The notes under the pieces are model-generated. The model was not told where the DNA came from and did no database searches. It worked only from the letters and a program-made list of their open reading frames with translations. Of a stretch of DNA of 42,285 nt, positions 18,715 to 27,306 are shown piece after piece (within the stretch, counting starts at the first letter, position 1; each line of letters begins with the position of its first letter). Origin of the DNA: a virus (lineage: Duplodnaviria > Heunggongvirae > Uroviricota > Caudoviricetes). The position numbers were made by a program, and so were the translations under genes. Location: the IMG/VR virus record IMGVR_UViG_2778261056_000004, positions 1 through 42,285 of that record. One strand, given 5' to 3'.

Positions 18715-18932
18715 CGCGGGAACCTCGCCAGTTTAAAGGAGCCACCCCTGCCCGTTGCGGCAGCCACGGCAGCAGCCTCTTTTCGCTCCCACTCCTGGCG
18801 GCCCTTCCGGATTTCACTCAGGTTCTCCATGGTCATCTGCTGACCATTAAACGTGATGGACTTGCCCTGCAGGACCGCCATTTCCGCTTCGGTATAACGG
18901 CGGACCATGTCCTGAATATCATTGAGATTCAC
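18711..18932 (-). CDS. head-tail joining protein (lambda W-like)
   Basis: Small protein between terminase and portal. A GTG at 18932 follows AGGAGG with a 6-nt spacer and overlaps the terminase stop. ATG 18908 is an alternative start. Confidence 0.55.
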   Translation of the reverse strand: MNLNDIQDMVRRYTEAEMAVLQGKSITFNGQQMTMENLSEIRKGRQEWERKEAAAVAAATGRGGSFKLARFPR

Positions 18933-21014
18933 ACCCAGCCTCCTGATGATGATGACCATGCCGATTCACGGGCTGGCTTCGTAGCCTTTGGCTCTGATAC
19001 TGGCGGTTTTGCAACCGGCGGCGGTGCCACTGGAGGCGCGTCTGGCGATGGCTCAACCACCAGATAACTCTCCCGGCGCGCCCACTCAGGCGCATCAGGC
19101 CACTTAATTTTTTCGTAACCATGAAGAATGACCAGGGCATGCGCGTAAACCATAAGGTCAAATGCTTCGTTAGCCCCCTTACCAGGCTTCGTCCATTTCC
19201 CATCAGCTGATCGCTCCTCATAGGTCAGTTCGTCGTAAAACCACCCTCCCAGCCAGTCAGGGAAATGCACGTAGTTCGGCCCCGGCACATCGCGCCACAG
19301 CGCGTTATTGATCCGGTCTTTCAGTGCGTTGGTCTGGAGAAGGTAGAGAGGGACATCACCGGCCGCCTTCGCGCGCCGGGCAGAACGCCCGGTGTTATCC
19401 GGGTAGGTTTTGGTAATCAGCTTCGCCCGGGTCTGGCTGTCACCCTTGAAAAGCCAGACTTTGCGCTGCAGACCGTCACGGCGACAGCGCCGCCAGAACT
19501 CATAGGCATTGTCGGTAACGCCATCTTCACCACCGGAGTCGACGGCCATGGCCAGGAGGCTCATTCGCTTGCCCGGTTCGCCATCAAGCGCCCAGGTTTT
19601 CTCCAGCACATCGGTGCGCAGCAGATCCCAGTCCTCCGGGTAGCTGGCAGGATCGATGTGGTAGCTTTCACCATCTGGCGTGGTGCGCATCGACTGCATG
19701 ATGTTGTACCGGTCAACCACCCACCGCTCGCCGTGGGCGCCGTAGCCAACAACCTGCACCACAAATCGCCGGTTTTTACCGCCCTGAACATCGACGGTCG
19801 CCAGCAGGCACGCGCCGCCGTTCAACCGGTTCGGCGCGCTGCAGCAGTTCGTCACCTTTGCGTTGCTCAATACTTGAGCGCGGGAGATACGGGAGTCCCC
19901 AGTCGGTGTTAATGACCGTCTTCAGCGTTTCTTCGCTGCCGGTCGCTTCGTACTCCTGTTCAGCGGTCAGCAGTTTGTAAACCAGTTGGGCCCAGGTCTG
20001 ATATGCAGCTGCCGGGCCTTCCATCCAGAACGATGCGATACGCGACCGCCGCCCGGCGCCCGTTATTGTTCCGCTGCTGTCGATCTGCTGATCCTCACGC
20101 AGCCAGACACCTTTCATATTCAAAGCGCGTTTCTGACCGGCGGTGATCACCCCGGAGCAGGAAGGGCAATGGATGCAGGCCGCTTCGCTGGCCTTTACCG
20201 GATCGCTGATTTCCCGGTAACCGGTCATCGCCGTCATCTCAGGCTGGAAAAACTCACCACAATGCGGACATGGCCAGTACCAGCGCCTGCGGTCGCCGCG
20301 GTTGTACAGTGACAGAATGCCGGTTGTTGGCGGGGCTTCATGCGCCGAGCTCCGGCGCCACTTCGTATCGCGGATGTCCCGGCCTGGGGAACTCTCCACC
20401 AGCGTCATGCCGGACGACATAAACGTGGTGGTACGCTTGGAGGCCAGGGAAAATGCATCACCTTCCCCGTCGATATCCTCCGGGAAGCGGTCATAATCGG
20501 TCAGGGCGACGCACTTGTAATCCGACGAGGACATGATATTGACCGACGGCCAGCCTATCTTGAGATAGTTACCCGCCCTGAATGTCCTGTCGTAAACGTT
20601 ATTATCGTTCCTGCGGGGACTCAGGCGGGTTGCCACTTCCGGACTGCAACGGAACGTGCGATCCAGTCGTTTCTTCGAGTGCTCGCGGGCCTTTTCCTCT
20701 GTCATCTGAATGATCAGCATGTCAGACGGGTCGCAGACCACGTTATAAACCACCCACCCATCAATCAGGCCAATCGTCTTCCCGGTTCGCGCCGGGCCGA
20801 CAAACACCACTGCGTCATACTCGCGCGACGCCAGGCAGTTCATTGGCTCGAGTACATACGGAGCCAGGTTCGGATCCCAGGGAACGGAGTTACCGGCACC
20901 CATTGGCACGCGCATAAATTTACTGACTGCATCGGCCACCAGCATGCGGCGTGGGGCACGAAGTATTCCAGGGACATCCTTTCGGATCCCCCGGGCAGAT
21001 GCCCGCTTCGCCAT
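18929..21014 (-). pseudogene. terminase large subunit (lambda A-like) split into two overlapping ORFs by a +1 frame change
   Basis: The N-terminal ORF (19776-21014) has Walker A VGPARTGKT and a CPHCG...CPSC zinc motif. The C-terminal ORF (18929-19870) has the nuclease part (LLATVDVQGG...). The two frames overlap over 19776-19870. Conserved sequence switches frame around the GC repeat GAACGGCGGCGCGTGCC. Confidence 0.75.
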
Positions 21015-21502
21015 CAGTCCTCCTCTGGCTCATCCTCCTCCGGTTCTGCGTCCAGCACGCGCTGCGCAATCTGGTCGCGAAGATCGTCAATCACACTCTG
21101 TACGCGGCTGACAGCTGCGGGGTTCAGCGCGCAGTCACGCTCCAGAATGTCCGGTAACGTTTCCAGCACCTGCACCACAGCTTTCGCCATGACAGAAAAT
21201 TCACGGGCCACCTCATCAGCCGGGATTAACTGGCCGGTGTCCTGCTCGAATTTGAGCCGCTCGTTTTCCGCTTTCCAGTGGGCGAGCCTGTCCGAAGGCG
21301 TCATATCGTCGGCGCTGGACGCGACGACGGGTGCCATCAGCTCGGTAAGCACATCGGTGATGAGATAGAGTTTGAGTTTGTTGTTGCTGCCCGGTGCAGG
21401 CTCGACTTGCTTAAGCCTGGCGGCAACGGTCTGGCGATGAACGCCGGTGATCCCTGCCAGCTGATTGATGTTCAGCTTCAGGGTGGAGAGCTCCTGGTCC
21501 AT
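21014..21502 (-). CDS. terminase small subunit (Nu1-like, N-terminal HTH)
   Basis: LNINQLAGITGVHRQTVAARLK forms an HTH and the C-terminus is acidic. The stop overlaps the terL start (TGATG) with a GAGGAGGA RBS. The start codon is uncertain (ATG 21502 or GTG 21514). Confidence 0.7.
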   Translation of the reverse strand: MDQELSTLKLNINQLAGITGVHRQTVAARLKQVEPAPGSNNKLKLYLITDVLTELMAPVVASSADDMTPSDRLAHWKAENERLKFEQDTGQLIPADEVAREFSVMAKAVVQVLETLPDILERDCALNPAAVSRVQSVIDDLRDQIAQRVLDAEPEEDEPEED

Positions 21503-21514
21503 GATGGTGAACAC

Positions 21515-21744
21515 TTTTTGAACGATTCGACATCATTGCAAAATGGCATTGATAAAAATCATACAGTTATGCACATGATGATGATGACCCTGGATCACGA
21601 AAACTAGCCGTTTTCCGCGTGCCCGCCGCCTCGTGGTAGGCCGCCCCTCCGGGAGGACCCGCTCAATCGAGAATGATTGTCATTTGCATGATATTCAGGA
21701 GGGGTTGGCCGCCTTGAGAGCCTGCATGAGGCCAGTGGTACGGG
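21515..21744. other. candidate cos / terminase recognition region
   Basis: Non-coding stretch directly upstream of the small terminase gene. It contains a GC-rich block (GCCCGCCGCCTCGTGGTAGGCCGCCCCTCCGGGAGGACCCGC) flanked by AT-rich sequence. Position is the only real argument. Confidence 0.3.
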
Positions 21745-22086
21745 TCAGAAGCCGAGGCGGACACGTCCCTCTGGTTCGTTGGCATTGGTCGTGATCCATG
21801 CAGTACCAGCCACAGCGTTATCATCCGTACCATCCTTAGCGTTGGCGCTCAGCTTGCCGTCTTTCGTCAGCCAGAGGCGAGCACCGCGCTGCCAGGTTTC
21901 GGCTGCAACCTTCGGCAGCACAAACACCCCGGTCATCATCAGCACACCATCACTGCCGGCGGGGATATCATGCTGAGCGATACCAGAAATCGCACCAACG
22001 ATCACCGGCTGGCCAGATGACACATCTTTTGTGGTCCCGTTGTGCCAGTCCATGGTATTGCCGTCCTGGTAGTAGTTTTTAGCCAT
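21745..22086 (-). CDS. second DUF2190-family protein, 113 aa, outside the head module
   Basis: Its pattern resembles the ORF at 14851-15174 (N.Y.DG.T.D, G.PV.VG...GIA..DI..G..G....GVF.LPK). AGAGG RBS precedes the start. Confidence 0.5.
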   Translation of the reverse strand: MAKNYYQDGNTMDWHNGTTKDVSSGQPVIVGAISGIAQHDIPAGSDGVLMMTGVFVLPKVAAETWQRGARLWLTKDGKLSANAKDGTDDNAVAGTAWITTNANEPEGRVRLGF

Positions 22087-22240
22087 ATTTAGCCTCTGGT
22101 TATGCCTGCAAGGCAGATCAAATGAATGAGTCTTACGTTAGGTGCGCTGGGTGCGCAGAGGGGATAATTGACATGAGCATGTGCCTTCACATGATGATGT
22201 TAATTAAAGGCCCCGCTGTAGCGAGGCCTGGTGATACATT

Positions 22241-22540
22241 CTACGGCTTTGTGGTGCTCACGATATACGAGTCCACCACGCCATCCTTGTTTACTTTGAC
22301 CACCAGCGATTTACCCTGCCCTACGCTGAATGCAGTTGCGTGAGCGTAGGTCCAGCCATAGATTTTATTCCCTTCGGAATCGGCGGTTATTGAGGTTGGC
22401 TTACCAAACTTCTGCAGAACAGTTTGCTCTGTCGTGACCCCTTTTTGGATTGAGGCGACATCTGCCTCCGAAAAATCTTTACCAACTGTCGCGCAACCTA
22501 CAAGGCCTAAAGCAATGATGCCTAGAATTGTCTTTCTCAT
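22241..22540 (-). CDS. small lipoprotein, SmpA/OmlA (BamE)-like, 99 aa
   Basis: Signal peptide with lipobox (IALGLVGC). The mature part (QKGVTTEQTVLQKFGKPTS...) resembles the BamE fold family. A hairpin lies downstream. Confidence 0.6.
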   Translation of the reverse strand: MRKTILGIIALGLVGCATVGKDFSEADVASIQKGVTTEQTVLQKFGKPTSITADSEGNKIYGWTYAHATAFSVGQGKSLVVKVNKDGVVDSYIVSTTKP

Positions 22541-22769
22541 TGATATATCCCTTATTTCAAAAAGGACAATCCTACCACCGAGCTATCTGAAGCGCGAAAA
22601 TTACATGGCCTGCGATAAAACCTTTGTGATCAGTGCAGAGCGTAAAGTGTCTGTGGTTGCCGCACAGCAGCCGCGAACACGAGAAGTCTTTGGTGTGCGT
22701 GGCGGCATATCTACCCCAAAAACACAGGCGAATACACGTGTGCCAAGTTTTCATTAGCAACATAAATGT

Positions 22770-23258
22770 TTAATTAGGTTTAAATTTATACGCACCAGAA
22801 ATGAATGGCTTAGAAATAAATGGGATGAGCAATTCGGCTATCTTTTCTCGATGCACTTGCCCTTGCATGTATTCGCCATGCCTGTTGTAAAGCGCATGAA
22901 ATTGCTGCCCTATTTCGTTCGTGTCAAACGTAACCTCCATTAATGTTACATAGAGATAAATTTGATTCATCGCGTCTTGAAGTAGCAAGGCGGGCTGACG
23001 GCAGTTTGGGTCTGATGGTTCAAGAGTTTCTGGCATCATAATAAGCAAATTACGATAATTAATCAGGGCAGCCTTTAACGCTTTTTTTTCGTTGTGCTTC
23101 TCTTGCTGCTTCCACGTATGCAGGGCTCGAAAAGCTACGCAGGCAGCTACCAACGTAATAATCCCTGAAAACCATGTTCCCAACACGGACCATAGCGCCC
23201 AATCAGCAGCCTCTCTACTGGCGACAAGCGCCTCATACGCAATATAATTGGCGTCCAT
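22770..23258 (-). CDS. hypothetical single-pass membrane protein, 162 aa
   Basis: ATG at 23258 follows GAGGTGG. One N-terminal TM helix (WALWSVLGTWFSGIITLVAACVAF) precedes a helical soluble part. Coding sequence is AT-rich. I recognise no motif. Confidence 0.5.
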   Translation of the reverse strand: MDANYIAYEALVASREAADWALWSVLGTWFSGIITLVAACVAFRALHTWKQQEKHNEKKALKAALINYRNLLIMMPETLEPSDPNCRQPALLLQDAMNQIYLYVTLMEVTFDTNEIGQQFHALYNRHGEYMQGQVHREKIAELLIPFISKPFISGAYKFKPN

Positions 23259-23283
23259 TACCACCTCGCAATATTCATTGCGG

Positions 23284-23307
23284 TGATTGTAGCCAAAAAT
23301 ACAATCA
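23284..23307 (-). promoter_or_regulatory. perfect 8-bp inverted repeat (TGATTGTA-N8-TACAATCA) overlapping a TACAAT -10 element
   Basis: Read directly from the sequence. It lies 26-49 nt upstream of the 162-aa ORF start. Confidence 0.45.
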
Positions 23308-23354
23308 CAGGCACTCGATGAATACCTGCTCTACTGCCGCACCATGATGGCAAT

Positions 23355-23377
23355 AAAAAACCGCCCGGAGGCGGTTT
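23355..23377 (-). terminator. intrinsic terminator hairpin in the divergent intergenic region
   Basis: The minus strand reads CCGCC-UCCG-GGCGG followed by U6. On the plus strand the U-run is only 3 nt. Confidence 0.55.
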
Positions 23378-23465
23378 GAGATACATGAAAATATTTCATG
23401 TTGAATTAAGAATTTTCGCACCAATATCAGATTTGCCCAATCCTAGATAACCTCTGGAAAATCCT

Positions 23466-24017
23466 ATGATTCATACTGTTCATTTTTTATGCCCAGTTTC
23501 TCCAAGTACAGTGAGCTTGCTTCAAAACAATATTTTGTCAGCAATATCTCAAGGGGCAACCCGAATCAACCTGCACATTTCGAGTTCTGGCGGCGACGTA
23601 ACATCCGGCTTTACCGCTTATAATTTTATTAAAACCCTACCCATTCCCGTTCATTGCTTCAACATCAGCAATATCGATTCAATTGCTAATGCAATTTTTC
23701 TCGCCGGAACTAAGCGGTTTGCAAATCACGGAGCAAGATTTTTGTTGCATCCTTTCCAGTGGAACTTCGGGGGAATGCAAAGCGTCGATCACGAACGAAT
23801 GCGCGAATGGGTATCTAGCTTAGATCACGATCTTGACCGTCTCGTTTCTATCTTTAACGAGGAAACTGTTTCCGCTGGAGAACTCACTGACTGGCGTGAG
23901 TTGATCAGAACCTCTTCCATTTTGAACCCTGAAAGAGCTGCCACTCTCGGCCTTATTGAAGGTATTCAGGAGGCTAGCATCGTTGAACCCAATGCTACCT
24001 GGTGGATAAATTGTTGA
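23466..24017 (+). CDS. stand-alone ClpP/S14-like serine protease homologue, 183 aa
   Basis: Aligns by eye to the prohead protease part of 15255-17267: INLHISSSGGDV vs IKLHINSPGGDV, NIDSIANAIFLAG vs GLAASMASVIAMVG (Ser) and FLLHPFQW vs MMIHKPWG (His). It is on the opposite strand to the late operon and is AT-rich. Confidence 0.65.
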   Translation: MIHTVHFLCPVSPSTVSLLQNNILSAISQGATRINLHISSSGGDVTSGFTAYNFIKTLPIPVHCFNISNIDSIANAIFLAGTKRFANHGARFLLHPFQWNFGGMQSVDHERMREWVSSLDHDLDRLVSIFNEETVSAGELTDWRELIRTSSILNPERAATLGLIEGIQEASIVEPNATWWINC

Positions 24018-24150
24018 CATGAAGTAACCTCTTTGCCCGATTATTTTTAAGATTATAGTCGGGCTTAATCATTCCGATTGTCAAATCAATGTTTAATTAA
24101 GAATCTATTTCTTGCAATTGATATCCCACGCCTTGTGATGTGCCAAGATG

Positions 24151-24390
24151 TCATTTCACAGCGTTGTACCAGGCTTGCCAACGATATTTATCGAGGCGCA
24201 GCTGCTGAAGGCATTGCGCAGTTTCGATATCAGCCTGCAGATCATCATCGCTATTGGTGCCAGCGTTACTTCCCCTGCACGGCTCCTGCATCAAATCCGC
24301 TGATGGAGTTGGCAGCGTCGATTGCACGCTGGCGCAGCTGCACAGCAGCATCGTCAAACTGGCACACAGTACGATCCGGAGACTGAACAT
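24151..24390 (-). CDS. o-spanin (Rz1-like lipoprotein), overlapping the i-spanin gene
   Basis: Signal sequence with lipobox (LLCSC) and a Pro-containing short mature part. The gene starts inside the 3' end of 24266-24616 in another frame. Confidence 0.6.
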   Translation of the reverse strand: MFSLRIVLCASLTMLLCSCASVQSTLPTPSADLMQEPCRGSNAGTNSDDDLQADIETAQCLQQLRLDKYRWQAWYNAVK

Positions 24391-24616
24391 ATTTCACCAC
24401 GTCGCGGGTAATGGTTCGGTAAATCACTTTGCCCTCGATGGTCGCTGCAGCGGCTTTTACTTCAACCGGCTGGATGACCTTCTCGGCGTTCTCTTTCTTC
24501 TTTGCTGCCAGCGCGTTGATATGGTCAGCGTGCGCGCTCCAGCCAGAACGCCAGGCGATTGCACCAGTGACAGAGATGGCGACCACCAGCGCCAGCAGAA
24601 CGTAACGCAGCCTCAT
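24266..24616 (-). CDS. i-spanin (Rz-like)
   Basis: N-terminal TM helix (YVLLALVVAISVTGAIAW) followed by a coiled-coil-like periplasmic part. ATGA overlap with the endolysin stop. Confidence 0.65.
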   Translation of the reverse strand: MRLRYVLLALVVAISVTGAIAWRSGWSAHADHINALAAKKKENAEKVIQPVEVKAAAATIEGKVIYRTITRDVVKYVQSPDRTVCQFDDAAVQLRQRAIDAANSISGFDAGAVQGK

Positions 24617-25227
24617 GACAGCGCCGCCTGCGCCCGGCTGTAACGCACCTTACGGTCAGCCAGCCCATTCTGCCCACCGTTGATGATCTGGGTGACACGC
24701 ACTATATCGCCGGAATACAGCAGGCAACCGCGTAATGCGAAGAACCAGGCAGCCGACCGGGCAGCGTGTAGCTCCTGCTCCAGCAACTCGGGCGTGCTCA
24801 CCAGATCCAGCTTCAGCGCTGCACCGCATTTGGTGTAGTTCTCACGCCCGGTGATCTGCAGCAGGCCACGGCCACGATATTTCCAGCCGTCGCCCTCGGC
24901 GATGTTGCCCATGCGGCTGCCGTATACCAGGTTGGCGATCTGCGGCTGGTGGGCGGTCTGCTTATTGTCGACACGGCCCAGCATCTCGCACTGGTACGGC
25001 GTCAGGCGCTTACCGAAAGTTTTCTTCAGGCCGTCTACCGAATAGTTGAAGTTCTCCACCAGCGAGGTAAAGCCTGCCGACTCGTGGCCCACCTGCGCGA
25101 TGAACATGGCCTGATCGTTAACTGCGGTGATGCCGAACTCTTTCATTGCTGCGTCGATATGCGGATACCAGCGCGCAGCTAATTCGGCGCTTACCACAGC
25201 CGCCTTCTGAAATTGTGCCTGATTCAT
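24613..25227 (-). CDS. endolysin, glycoside hydrolase family 19 (chitinase-like), 204 aa
   Basis: ATG at 25227; the track ORF is over-extended. Motifs FIAQVGHESAGF, YRGRGLLQITGRENY and INGGQNGLADR are present. Confidence 0.8.
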   Translation of the reverse strand: MNQAQFQKAAVVSAELAARWYPHIDAAMKEFGITAVNDQAMFIAQVGHESAGFTSLVENFNYSVDGLKKTFGKRLTPYQCEMLGRVDNKQTAHQPQIANLVYGSRMGNIAEGDGWKYRGRGLLQITGRENYTKCGAALKLDLVSTPELLEQELHAARSAAWFFALRGCLLYSGDIVRVTQIINGGQNGLADRKVRYSRAQAALS

Positions 25228-25235
25228 AGAGTTCC

Positions 25236-25571
25236 TTACTTGGTGTCGCCACCAAAGCGGACGTTGATAACTCGGTTTGCTACAGAACGGACCTGTTCGA
25301 CGCCGACAAAGCCCAGCGCCCCGCCGATTGCAATGGAGAGGGATTGAGGAAGGTTGACGTAATCCAGGGCGGATACAGCTGTTAACGTCATGGCGCCGCA
25401 CATCAGGCCTTCCAGCAACATCTTTCGCCAGCCACCGCCGACGTAGGCTATCCGCAATACCGCCATCGCTACGGAAAGCAGAACAGCGCCAATAGGCGTA
25501 TCACCGCGCCACCAGCCGTGGAGCAGATCAAGGAACTCCGTCCAGGAGTGCGGGTCATTGTTCATTTTCAT
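25236..25571 (-). CDS. class I holin (lambda S-like) with MKM dual-start motif
   Basis: Three predicted TM helices and a charged C-terminus. The N-terminus MKMNN mirrors the lambda S107/S105 dual start. Confidence 0.7.
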   Translation of the reverse strand: MKMNNDPHSWTEFLDLLHGWWRGDTPIGAVLLSVAMAVLRIAYVGGGWRKMLLEGLMCGAMTLTAVSALDYVNLPQSLSIAIGGALGFVGVEQVRSVANRVINVRFGGDTK

Positions 25572-25639
25572 GGTCTCTCACCTCGCTCTGTGCGGGTGTT
25601 ATTGAGGTAATAAAAAAGGCCGCTATCGCGACCTCACGT

Positions 25640-26692
25640 TTATTCCCCTGCCAACGCCCGTATTTCCCCCAACGTCTGATTAAACCTTTCCTCTTCGAGT
25701 TCAACGCCAATAGCCTGGCGGCCAAGTTCCAGCGCGACTTTCACGGTCGAACCGGACCCCATAAAGAAATCAGCCACCACATCACCAGGCTTACTGCTGG
25801 CGTTGATGATCTGCCGCAACATGTCAGCGGGTTTTTCGCATGGGTGTTTACCTGGATAAAACTGAACGGGTTTATGTGTCCAGACGTCGGTATAAGGAAC
25901 GGATACGGAAACAGAGAAATGTCGCCGAAGTGATTTGTACTCTTCGAGCAGCTCTGAATACTTGCGATTCAACGAATGCCACATAGCCACCAGCTGGTGG
26001 TGTGGTGTTGCCAGTTCGCCGTTCTGGTTCTTTTCGTTGGCTACCTGCGTGAAAAGGGACTGAAGCTTCCGGTAGTCTGATTCATTCGGTAATTGCCACT
26101 GGCTACCGCTGAACCAGTGAGACACCATGTTCTTCTTTCCAGTCGCATCGGCTATTTGTTTTGAGGATATGCCAAGCGCTTCACGTGCATCCCGGAAATA
26201 AGAAATTAGGGGAGTCATTACATGCTGCTTCAGCTCGCTTCCCTTCTCAGCGTACCCATCGCTCTTTGGTTTATACGGCCCTTGGTAATGCTCAGCGAAA
26301 AGGATGCGCTCTGTTGCAGGGAAGTAAGAACGCAGGCTCTCTTTATTACAGCCATTCCAGCGGCCCGACGGTTTAGCCCAGATGATATGGTTCAGGACGT
26401 TGAACCGCTCACGCATCATGATCTCAATGTCTGCTGCCAGACGGTGACCGGAGAAAAGATAAAGACTGCCGGCAGGTTTAAGCACTCGCCAGAATTGTGC
26501 GAGGCACATATCAAGCCAGCGAAGATAATCCTCATCCCCTTTCCACTGATTGTCCCAGCCGTTGGGTTTCACTTTGAAGTACGGCGGATCCGTGACTATC
26601 AGGTCAATGGAGTTATCAGGGAGAGTGGCGATGTATTGCAGGCTATCAGCGTTGACTAACTCAACACTGTTTATATTTACAGTATTTTTCAT
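25640..26692 (-). CDS. orphan DNA methyltransferase (N6A/N4C, beta-class), 350 aa
   Basis: DPPY (IVTDPPYF) lies near the N-terminus and the AdoMet motif FFMGSGST near the C-terminus. No nuclease gene is adjacent. Confidence 0.8.
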   Translation of the reverse strand: MKNTVNINSVELVNADSLQYIATLPDNSIDLIVTDPPYFKVKPNGWDNQWKGDEDYLRWLDMCLAQFWRVLKPAGSLYLFSGHRLAADIEIMMRERFNVLNHIIWAKPSGRWNGCNKESLRSYFPATERILFAEHYQGPYKPKSDGYAEKGSELKQHVMTPLISYFRDAREALGISSKQIADATGKKNMVSHWFSGSQWQLPNESDYRKLQSLFTQVANEKNQNGELATPHHQLVAMWHSLNRKYSELLEEYKSLRRHFSVSVSVPYTDVWTHKPVQFYPGKHPCEKPADMLRQIINASSKPGDVVADFFMGSGSTVKVALELGRQAIGVELEEERFNQTLGEIRALAGE

Positions 26693-26829
26693 AGATCAAT
26701 AAGCGTAACTCTGATAGGCTCTCTTTGCTTTTGCGCTAAAGCAATGGGCCTTGGTTAGCTTGTGACCTGAAAGCATGAGCTGATGGCTGGTGGGTGCTCC
26801 AACATCCACCAGCCGCCCATTTTCACAGC

Positions 26830-26886
26830 AAAATACCTCCGAAATGGAGGTGCGAAGGCATAAAAAAACCCCGCTTAAGCGAGGTT
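26830..26886 (-). terminator. two tandem intrinsic terminators after the HEPN-like cassette
   Basis: The minus strand has CCUCGC-UUAA-GCGGGG followed by U7, then CCUCC-AUUUC-GGAGG followed by UAUUUU. A further 9-bp hairpin without a U-run lies at 26785-26814. Confidence 0.65.
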
Positions 26887-26901
26887 ATTTCGAATAGATA
26901 A

Positions 26902-27306
26902 TCAAGCAGCAGGTTCGGATGGATAAACCTGCTCATACATCTGCTGAAGGGTGTCAATAGCTTTGTTAGCCATTATCAATATAGCTTCCGCATCAGCCTT
27001 ACTTAAAGTTCTATCAAGCTCGTAATCTGCCCATTTACGTCGGGTATGCAAATGTCTCAGCATTGTTCCCATAGAAATGAGTTTCATTTTTTCAAACGGC
27101 TCATTTCCTTTTAACCATGCATCATTTGTAAGATAGTCGCGAACAGCTTGGTGTGACGACTTGTTTGGGCATTTCTCAAGCTTATCAAGCGTTTCATGAT
27201 AAACTCCATAATACGCTCGACCAATGGCGTTTCTGTAACCGATTTCATCGTTGTGAGAAATGCATTTACCAGCAAAAACAATAAAATCTTTCCCCGATAC
27301 GCTCAT
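26902..27306 (-). CDS. HEPN-like (UPF0332/COG1895-type) protein, 134 aa
   Basis: Signatures are YRNAIGRAYYGVYHETL (the sRaYYa.fH pattern) and LRHLHTRRKWADYE (the R..aDY pattern), followed by a C-terminal helix (ADAEAILIMANKAIDTL). The start overlaps the upstream stop by 1 nt. Confidence 0.55.
   Translation of the reverse strand: MSVSGKDFIVFAGKCISHNDEIGYRNAIGRAYYGVYHETLDKLEKCPNKSSHQAVRDYLTNDAWLKGNEPFEKMKLISMGTMLRHLHTRRKWADYELDRTLSKADAEAILIMANKAIDTLQQMYEQVYPSEPAA

Noticed and set aside
20340-21368. 342-aa plus-strand ORF
   Set aside because: It is antisense to the terminase genes and has no motif or RBS.
21615-21660. GC-rich block as a direct match to lambda cosN (GGGCGGCGACCT)
   Set aside because: Only the composition is similar. 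The sequence matches neither lambda strand in the 5'-3' sense. It is kept only as a low-confidence positional cos candidate.
21571-22206. Repeated 12-mer CACATGATGATG on both sides of the second DUF2190 gene
   Set aside because: Dozens of exact 12-mer repeats are expected by chance in a 42-kb window when both strands are considered. The flanks do not align.
14018-25401. N-terminal extensions of several track ORFs (14018-14746, 14583-15107, 14851-15243, 15255-17735, 24613-25401, 12415-12918)
   Set aside because: The extensions overlap upstream genes and lack an RBS. Internal starts with good Shine-Dalgarno sequences or ATGA-type coupling give products that match the expected phage proteins.
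26785-26814. 9-bp GC hairpin (GGCTGGTGG...CCACCAGCC) as a third terminator or an sRNA
   Set aside because: No U-run follows on the transcribed (minus) strand. It may be structural, but there is not enough evidence to call it a feature.
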